Below are positions 21,938 through 28,255 of a DNA stretch of 28,255 nt, piece after piece. This DNA is from a virus (lineage: Duplodnaviria > Caudoviricetes). Position 1 is the stretch's first letter. Every line of letters starts with the position of its first letter. A model generated the notes under the pieces. The model had not been told where the DNA came from. It searched no databases and saw nothing but the letters and a program-made list of their open reading frames with translations. The stretch spans positions 1 through 28,255 of the IMG/VR virus record IMGVR_UViG_3300035392_000113. One strand, given 5' to 3'. The translations under genes were made by a program, and so were the position numbers.

Positions 21938-22783
21938 TTACAGGGTTCGATAACTTTGCGTTATTTCGATAGGGATATGTCGCCATAGTTGTCCGAAAAT
22001 CCTATCGGCTACTGCGCCCCCCTGGTCAGCGATAGCCCCGTAATCCTCTGAGGGGTCATTACCAAACGCTGCCCAATAATCTGCCAATTGGAAGGGATTA
22101 CGATTTATCGTAATTATCATTGGTAATTTGCGACTATACCGATACTCAACTAAATCGTATAATTGTTCCATTACCCAACTTGAAGGTTTCCCTTTGTCGA
22201 GGTCGTCAATGAGTGAGATATGAGCGTGTTTTAGTTTATCCCACGAAGCATCGGCTAATACCCGTTTAGAGGCATTATTAAAGCCCTCTCGTGTCAACTT
22301 GAGTAACGCAGGCCAATTGGCGTATTTGGTTTTCCAAAAACGTTGTTCCATTAAATAAAAATTAGCCGCTACAGCCAAATGAGTTTTACCCGCCCCAAAT
22401 TTCCCTGAGAGTACCAAAAAATTCTTTTGTTTTGATTTAACTTCGTGACAATATTCCTGAACTTGAAATTTAACAAACGCGCCATCAACTAAATGTGAAC
22501 TGTTTTCGTTAAATGTGTCAAACGTACAATTTTTTAATTCGGTTGGAATTGAGGATTGTTTTATCAATTCCTCAACTTGACTTCGTTGTTCTCTTATCTT
22601 TTTTTGTTGCTTTTCTGTCTCACTCACTATGAGGGCGGCGGGACATTTACACTCAACTTTTCTGTAATATACTTTCGTTCCCATCTCTAAAATGCGAGCG
22701 TTTACAGTTTGATGACAAAGAGGACATTCCCACGTTGCGTCCTCTTTGCTCATCAAACCACCGATGATGTTATCGTATTTCAT
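21938..22783 (-). CDS. DnaC/IstB-like AAA+ helicase loader
   Basis: CPLC...CKC Zn site, TFDTF, Walker A GKFGAGKTHLA, Walker B LIDDL, LVEYRY...ITIN, ADRI. Confidence 0.92.
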   Translation of the reverse strand: MKYDNIIGGLMSKEDATWECPLCHQTVNARILEMGTKVYYRKVECKCPAALIVSETEKQQKKIREQRSQVEELIKQSSIPTELKNCTFDTFNENSSHLVDGAFVKFQVQEYCHEVKSKQKNFLVLSGKFGAGKTHLAVAANFYLMEQRFWKTKYANWPALLKLTREGFNNASKRVLADASWDKLKHAHISLIDDLDKGKPSSWVMEQLYDLVEYRYSRKLPMIITINRNPFQLADYWAAFGNDPSEDYGAIADQGGAVADRIFGQLWRHIPIEITQSYRTL

Positions 22784-23823
22784 TGTCTTAAAAACGCAGA
22801 ACGTCTTTGTTGAGCCTCCTGTTCCAATCTTTGGGCTAATGAACTTGTTTGGTTTGTTGTAACTTTCTTTTCTTGTTTTAATTCTAAAGTTAGATGTTTT
22901 TCGATAAGTTGTTTGGAATTTGGTAACTTGAATGATTTAGGATAGTGAGAGTAAAAAATAGCTCTAAACCCCCTAACCCACTCTAAAGGCTTTTTTGCCT
23001 CGATTAACTTCGAGGCAATATGAGTAATGTGTTTTTCGTACTCAGTAGTGATTTCTCCCCTGTACTCGTATAACTCAAGTAACGATTGACGATAAGCCAT
23101 ATTCGTATCATCAGCTAACTTTTGTTGATATTCTCGAAATATCAACAAATTACTCAAGTAATCCGATGGGCTTAAGGTACTTGTCCCATTATTTTTCCAA
23201 TGCCCATTAAACCATTGTGTCATTTGATGTAATTCGTCAAGCGTTACATTTAACTTTCGCAACCCTTTCGCCGCCTTCACTATCTCCCCCGCCTTTGAGG
23301 TAAATGTGCCTTCTCGCACCGTCCCTAAATCATCATCTAAGACGTTGCTTTTAACGAACCATAATTTACAGCCGATAGCAATCAGACGACTTATCTCAAG
23401 ATGTTCAGTACCCGCATCTGTAGTAACCTTACCTAATAATTTTTTATTGTAATAATAGTTTAACGCTACCCCAATGTTCTCTAAATGAAAGTCCCAATGA
23501 TTAGTATTACCCTCAATTGTTACACTTATCAATTGTGCCTCCACCAACACCTCTCTCACTAACCTTATTCCCCGCGAACTTAATCCCGTATAACGCTCTA
23601 TCTCTGTTAATGACGTTTTACCATTACCCCCATACGTGAGAAAAATAACTAAATTGAGTAATTTTTCTTCGGCAGGACTGAGATAGTACGATAACGGCTT
23701 GTGACTTTTCGGGTGTACTAAGGTGTATAGATGATTAGGGAACGGAGTGTAATCAAATAAACCCGCAGGCTCATTCATAAACCCCGCCCGTCCTAATGTT
23801 ATTACCTGTAATTCAACTTCCAT
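22780..23823 (-). CDS. Putative replication initiator / replisome organiser
   Basis: Winged-helix-like segment (SLTEIERYTGLSSRGIRLVREVLVEAQLI), coupled to the DnaC-like gene, AGGAGG RBS. Confidence 0.7.
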   Translation of the reverse strand: MEVELQVITLGRAGFMNEPAGLFDYTPFPNHLYTLVHPKSHKPLSYYLSPAEEKLLNLVIFLTYGGNGKTSLTEIERYTGLSSRGIRLVREVLVEAQLISVTIEGNTNHWDFHLENIGVALNYYYNKKLLGKVTTDAGTEHLEISRLIAIGCKLWFVKSNVLDDDLGTVREGTFTSKAGEIVKAAKGLRKLNVTLDELHQMTQWFNGHWKNNGTSTLSPSDYLSNLLIFREYQQKLADDTNMAYRQSLLELYEYRGEITTEYEKHITHIASKLIEAKKPLEWVRGFRAIFYSHYPKSFKLPNSKQLIEKHLTLELKQEKKVTTNQTSSLAQRLEQEAQQRRSAFLRQ

Positions 23824-23845
23824 AAAAACCTCCTTGATTAAATTT

Positions 23846-23873
23846 ATTATAGCTAATTATCTTAGTTTGTCAA
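23846..23873 (-). promoter_or_regulatory. Promoter of the replication operon
   Basis: TTGACA (23873-23868), 16 bp, TATAAT (23851-23846). Confidence 0.8.
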
Positions 23874-23968
23874 CTTGTTTAGGTATAGGTTTTGATTATA
23901 GCATCTCCCCCCGTTTTTTGAGAAAAACATAACCTTTTTGTTTTGTAACCTACTTAAAGTTATCTCTA

Positions 23969-23997
23969 TTGACAGAATAAGATAATTATGTTATAAT
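23969..23997 (+). promoter_or_regulatory. Consensus promoter (leaderless)
   Basis: TTGACA, 17 bp, TATAAT, ATG 6 nt downstream. Confidence 0.88.
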
Positions 23998-24003
23998 GGA
24001 GTT

Positions 24004-24972
24004 ATGAGAATAATGATATTGGTAAAAAATGAATTGATATATGCTGATGGGTGGATGTTAGCGGGTGACACTTTAACAGTGGCTTTTGCTGAACATTGGG
24101 ATAATGGGGGTTATAATCCTCATAAAGAGTATGAATTAAGGTTACAGGGGGTATCAAACGGTGACAAAATTTATGGGGACGGTAAGGGGATTGCAGCGAA
24201 GTTTGTGGCTGATGAACCTTACGTGTGGTCAGGGTATGAGCGTCCTCAATTCTTGAGTATTGGGAATCCGTATCTACCCGCTAAAGAGGTAGAGTTAGTT
24301 ATTCCCCCTGATGACAGTGAGGGTAAACGGCCTTTAGGGTACGTTGATTTTTACGATATTCTTACAACGTACCTAACCTCTCAAAAACCATATAGTTTCA
24401 TTTACGAGTTTCCTGAGAGTGAGCGAGAAAAAATATCAAATGTTATCTCGTGTTATAACCGATACACCCATTTAGCTTACCAACTGACTACAAACTTTCA
24501 ATACTCCCCTAACTTCTCGTGGCCTGATGCGTATATCGCCCCACTATACGGAGTGTTACATCGTTGTCATAAAAATACCCTTTATAACACTATCAGTTCA
24601 ATAAAAAACATTGTTAAATTTAATGATGTTGTCATTGGACGGGTAAAGGAAATACTCAAAGAAATTCACTTTGTTACAGGCGATTTAGATGTCGTTTGCA
24701 TTGATAAAAAGCGAGTTTTAGAATTTGGCGGATTATTAGCTCTCAGTAATTTTCTAAAAGGTTATGACATAGACGCTGAATTTCTTAACTCATTCGTACT
24801 CAGTGTTGGGAGTGTTAAAATCTATAACATACCGATACAGGTTAGAAACAAAGAGAAAGAACTTGTTGAAAGTCGCTCAAAATTTGAGTACGTCATCAAT
24901 TATAACACTCAAATTATTGTCTTAACTGATTTGAGCGATGTATTACAACAATTAAGACAGTGGGGGTATTGA
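24004..24972 (+). CDS. Hypothetical protein
   Basis: 322-aa ORF with own promoter; no family recognised. Confidence 0.85.
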   Translation: MRIMILVKNELIYADGWMLAGDTLTVAFAEHWDNGGYNPHKEYELRLQGVSNGDKIYGDGKGIAAKFVADEPYVWSGYERPQFLSIGNPYLPAKEVELVIPPDDSEGKRPLGYVDFYDILTTYLTSQKPYSFIYEFPESEREKISNVISCYNRYTHLAYQLTTNFQYSPNFSWPDAYIAPLYGVLHRCHKNTLYNTISSIKNIVKFNDVVIGRVKEILKEIHFVTGDLDVVCIDKKRVLEFGGLLALSNFLKGYDIDAEFLNSFVLSVGSVKIYNIPIQVRNKEKELVESRSKFEYVINYNTQIIVLTDLSDVLQQLRQWGY

Positions 24973-24997
24973 CAAACTGAGACTATAGGCTTATAAT
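24969..24997 (+). promoter_or_regulatory. Consensus promoter (leaderless)
   Basis: TTGACA, 17 bp, TATAAT, ATG 6 nt downstream, no SD. Confidence 0.88.
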
Positions 24998-25003
24998 GTA
25001 ATT

Positions 25004-25336
25004 ATGGAAAAAATAATCAAATTATATCAGGCGGTCATTGACCATAGGGATTACATTGTCCTTATGAGAAGGGATGGGCATTATCCTGTGAGAGTGAATA
25101 GCCTCACAGTTGAGGATGACGGTGTTTGGGTCGGTTATGGGGATACTGTAATAAATTTAACAGACGCTAAAGACATTGAAAATATGTTAAAGTCACTATT
25201 CGTATTTGAGTTAGATATGGATTTAGATGTTAGATTTATTAAGATTAAAGAAAAAATATCCTTAACTGAGTATATGAACAATATGGCACATAATCAGGGT
25301 ATTATCACAATGGAGCAATTTCTTAGTGAAACCTGA
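25004..25336 (+). CDS. Hypothetical protein
   Basis: 110-aa ORF behind a promoter. Confidence 0.8.
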   Translation: MEKIIKLYQAVIDHRDYIVLMRRDGHYPVRVNSLTVEDDGVWVGYGDTVINLTDAKDIENMLKSLFVFELDMDLDVRFIKIKEKISLTEYMNNMAHNQGIITMEQFLSET

Positions 25337-25772
25337 TATAAACATTTATTTTATCCCTTTTCCCGAATGGATAGTTCAAAGAGAATTTGGTGAATTATGG
25401 CAATCAATTCCTAAATGTCCAACCTACCTTAATATCAGAGAATGGTTTAGAACTTCCGTTCTTTTTGCAGGACGTAGACTTTATTTAGAGTTAAATGGGG
25501 TGAAGCGAGTGGATTGGTCGCTGAGTGCCAATGACTTCGGGGCATCGTTAGGCTGTCCAATGAACCATTGGCTACTCTACTCCACAATACCACTACTCTC
25601 AACTGAAATTAACTTCACTCAAGGTCTATACGGACGTGTCTCAAATAATAACGCTCATAAAATAACTAAAGTCTTATACAATAAAAACGCAATGATTGGT
25701 TATGAAATCAATGCCGTTAAAATTAACTGTGTTTACATAGATTTCAAAGGGGAATATGAGTTATTAAAATGA
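25326..25772 (+). CDS. Hypothetical protein
   Basis: 148 aa, GTG start with GGAG upstream, overlaps neighbours. Confidence 0.7.
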   Translation: MKPDINIYFIPFPEWIVQREFGELWQSIPKCPTYLNIREWFRTSVLFAGRRLYLELNGVKRVDWSLSANDFGASLGCPMNHWLLYSTIPLLSTEINFTQGLYGRVSNNNAHKITKVLYNKNAMIGYEINAVKINCVYIDFKGEYELLK

Positions 25773-26080
25773 GTGATATTAATATTTTGGTTAAGCAATT
25801 TAACGATTTCATTAAGAGTGAGAAACATATTGTATTATTTAGGGTATATGATACGTGGATTAAGGTGAGTAGTCCCATTCGTATTTTGAATAATTTGGAT
25901 GGTTATTACTCACTCTTAATTCGTGAAGCCGATGAACGGGTCAGCATCGGGCAAAGCGGAGTCTTGCTACCGTCAGTCCTCATATCACATACCCGCATTA
26001 TCCCCATCGCCGCCAAACCCCTAAAATGGTTAGGTCATAATCAATCTTACCCTAAAGATTACGACAATAAACAATCTTAA
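25769..26080 (+). CDS. Hypothetical protein
   Basis: 103 aa, ATGA overlap. Confidence 0.7.
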   Translation: MSDINILVKQFNDFIKSEKHIVLFRVYDTWIKVSSPIRILNNLDGYYSLLIREADERVSIGQSGVLLPSVLISHTRIIPIAAKPLKWLGHNQSYPKDYDNKQS

Positions 26081-26097
26081 AGTTCTCAATTTAATAG

Positions 26098-26126
26098 TTG
26101 ACAAATTGAGATTGTTGTGGTATAAT
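26098..26126 (+). promoter_or_regulatory. Consensus promoter
   Basis: TTGACA, 17 bp, TG-extended TATAAT. Confidence 0.9.
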
Positions 26127-26161
26127 GTAATGAGTAATCAATTAAACAAAGGATAATAAGG

Positions 26162-26608
26162 ATGTTAAAGAAACAGGGTGTTATAATTATAAGTCCTGAC
26201 GGACATAAATTTGAGATTGATGGGCAGAACGTGGTCGAACTTGAGAGTTCGTATAACGTTTACTCAGATGGTCGTAAGATTGGTTTTAGTAAGAAAAATT
26301 TGCGTGGGAAGGGGCAAAAGTGGGAAGGGTGGCGACTGTTATTAGGGGAGATTAAAGAACCACGCGTCTCAACTCAGTTAAACTTAGACCCTGTAATTAA
26401 AGTTGAACAAAGCCACTTATGGAATAATTACCGTGAATTAGCGGTAAAGTTTCAGCAAGTTTACAGAGATTACACTCGTTTAGAGAATGAGTATTTTTCA
26501 TCTAAAGATGGTGTAGTGAGTAATGAATTTCGACAGGTGGTTACTGAGTTTAATGAGTTGTTTGATTTATATAAGGAGGCACACAATGCGTTTTACAGCC
26601 GCAGCTAA
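26162..26608 (+). CDS. Hypothetical protein
   Basis: 148 aa, AAGGA RBS. Confidence 0.8.
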   Translation: MLKKQGVIIISPDGHKFEIDGQNVVELESSYNVYSDGRKIGFSKKNLRGKGQKWEGWRLLLGEIKEPRVSTQLNLDPVIKVEQSHLWNNYRELAVKFQQVYRDYTRLENEYFSSKDGVVSNEFRQVVTEFNELFDLYKEAHNAFYSRS

Positions 26609-26996
26609 TATCAGTCAAACCACAAACGGCCTCTTTGTCAGAACGACGCACGATGGGCGGTTACTCAGCGTTGCTACAGGGAAACCTGTCCCCCCTTGTG
26701 AAACAGAACCGTTATTAGCTCAATTGAGTGAGACTGAACGGGTAGCCTTCAATCAAGGGGCATCCATCATTGACGCTTATAAACGAGAGGGTTTTGTCCG
26801 CAAAATCGGGGCGTACATAATGCCCCACGCCATTACTGATGACGTTGCACGGTGTTGGCATTATGGGATGTACGGGAACGTAGTTCCTGTAAAACATATC
26901 GTCATCATCAATGGGAGTGAAGTGAAAGTCAATCGGCACGGACCAACTCCTAAAGTGACGAAATATCTACGTGACACTTATCGGGTTGGTTTATGA
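26586..26996 (+). CDS. Hypothetical protein
   Basis: AAGGAGG RBS supports start MRFTAA at 26586 rather than 26523. Confidence 0.8.
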   Translation: MRFTAAANISQTTNGLFVRTTHDGRLLSVATGKPVPPCETEPLLAQLSETERVAFNQGASIIDAYKREGFVRKIGAYIMPHAITDDVARCWHYGMYGNVVPVKHIVIINGSEVKVNRHGPTPKVTKYLRDTYRVGL

Positions 26997-27223
26997 GTGA
27001 ATTGTTAGCTGAATTAGAGTTAAGAGTAACGGAAATTCAGCGAGAAATTAGAGCTATACAGAAAGAATTAAATGTAATAAGTCTGTATAGCTCTAATAAC
27101 TTTCACGAAACCACCGCTATCTCTATGTCTCGAAAAATGGGACGTATTGCCTTTCTCGAAGGGCAAATCGCAGGGTTAGGTTACGCTTGTAGTCATATTG
27201 TTAAAGGGGAATTATGGAATTAA
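26993..27223 (+). CDS. Hypothetical coiled-coil protein
   Basis: 76 aa, ATGA overlap, heptad pattern. Confidence 0.7.
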   Translation: MSELLAELELRVTEIQREIRAIQKELNVISLYSSNNFHETTAISMSRKMGRIAFLEGQIAGLGYACSHIVKGELWN

Positions 27224-27518
27224 AAAGATTTCAGACACCGACAATAATTTGTGGGGATTAGGTGTTTTTGGAGATATACCATCGGTAACATTCTCAATCA
27301 ATGTTACGGGTGGTATATCTCGTTATTATCGGTACACTCCCCGTAGTTATCGGGCAATAGTGAAAGTTTTTGTTTATAAAGAGTTAGCGGTTAAAATTAA
27401 AATTCAAAGGACTGTACTTAGCGTTAATCGCTTAAAACCATTTAAGCGATTAGTAAGGGAGTTATACAATGATAATAAAGAACGGAAATATGTACGTAAA
27501 AGCCGTTTATTTTACTGA
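27198..27518 (+). CDS. Hypothetical protein, start uncertain
   Basis: Fills the gap between neighbours but has a TTG start; the best RBS-ATG (27214) is in another frame and stops after 15 codons. Confidence 0.4.
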   Translation: MLKGNYGIKKISDTDNNLWGLGVFGDIPSVTFSINVTGGISRYYRYTPRSYRAIVKVFVYKELAVKIKIQRTVLSVNRLKPFKRLVRELYNDNKERKYVRKSRLFY

Positions 27519-27867
27519 AATAAATGATAAACCCACTCATACAATTGTAATGACCCCTAACATCAATGAGGCGGTAGATTTTAGCAGAATACCCGCCCAA
27601 TCAGTGATTATAGGGAATGACTTATCAAGTGAGGCGATACGACAATTACCCCGACCTAATACTCAGTACGTGGTATTAGAGCATAAATATTGTTTGAATA
27701 TTTGGAATTGTCAGGCAGATTTATGTCGGATTATTGATGACCCATTTTCACTTGAGACAATAAATGTTTCTGACGAAATAATTGACCAATTGTTAATGGA
27801 AAATAATATCGCCATCAACATATCAGGAATATATCCGATACTTTATGATTCTAATAACGTTAGCTGA
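27469..27867 (+). CDS. Hypothetical protein
   Basis: 132 aa, GGGGAG RBS. Confidence 0.75.
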   Translation: MIIKNGNMYVKAVYFTEINDKPTHTIVMTPNINEAVDFSRIPAQSVIIGNDLSSEAIRQLPRPNTQYVVLEHKYCLNIWNCQADLCRIIDDPFSLETINVSDEIIDQLLMENNIAINISGIYPILYDSNNVS

Positions 27868-28132
27868 TTTAGCAGAGTTGAGTAATGCCCCGTTATCACA
27901 CGCGTTACTTGAAAAAATCAAAACACTTACTCAAGTAACGGACGCGATTCAATTCGAGGTCGTTTCCGTCATTCAAGTATTTTATGGTCTTAATTTTACC
28001 CATCGGGTAATCACCGTCAATGAGGAAAAAAGGGTTTATTGTTCCAATGACATCGTTCATACGGTGGACAACATATTACTAGAAATGGTAGGTGTGCAAG
28101 ATGAACCTTGTCCCGATTGTTTCCCCCAATAA
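27845..28132 (+). CDS. Hypothetical protein
   Basis: 95 aa, co-oriented overlap, C-terminal CPDC. Confidence 0.6.
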   Translation: MILITLADLAELSNAPLSHALLEKIKTLTQVTDAIQFEVVSVIQVFYGLNFTHRVITVNEEKRVYCSNDIVHTVDNILLEMVGVQDEPCPDCFPQ

Positions 28133-28255
28133 TCCGTTTTTAATTTCCATCAAAATGAGTAGTCAATTATGGTCTGCTCATAATATGACTACTCTTAAAA
28201 ATTGGCTCACTCAACTTAAAGGCAATGATTGTTTTGAGTTCGTCATTGACGATAC

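Noticed and set aside
21938-22783. IS21 element (IstB-like ATPase)
   Set aside because: No IstA transposase or terminal repeats; the Zn site and upstream initiator fit a phage DnaC-like loader.
14116-26939. Nested or antisense ORFs at 14116, 14537, 15851, 16543, 17684, 18361, 20775, 20795, 21602 and 26715
   Set aside because: Fully contained in stronger genes; no independent support.
28178-28255. 3' end of a minus-strand gene entering from the right edge
   Set aside because: Only about 25 codons are visible; not enough to call.

Overview
A 28-kb piece of a tailed dsDNA phage or prophage with siphovirus-type gene order, AT-rich (about 38% GC by eye). The left half (minus strand) is the virion module: terminase small and large subunits, portal, a fused prohead protease/scaffold/major capsid protein, head-tail connectors, a LamG-like protein, a GT-A glycosyltransferase, tail tube, a frameshifted tail chaperone pair and the start of the tape measure. 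The right half holds replication and accessory genes (initiator, DnaC-like loader, dCTP deaminase, thermonuclease, two ParB-like paralogues, ASCH) and small early genes behind near-perfect TTGACA-N17-TATAAT promoters, several apparently leaderless. The most unusual content is non-coding. It includes a ~1.15-kb ORF-free, promoter-to-terminator unit (19053-20260) built from repeated, covarying RNA structural modules; a 170-nt tmRNA-like gene with a G3:U alanine acceptor stem; two aberrant tRNA-like folds; a short-variable-arm tRNA-Leu; and a two-domain small RNA in that tRNA's leader. Together these suggest a phage suite of decoy or mimic RNAs (inference). All family assignments are from motif recognition by eye; no database search was run.
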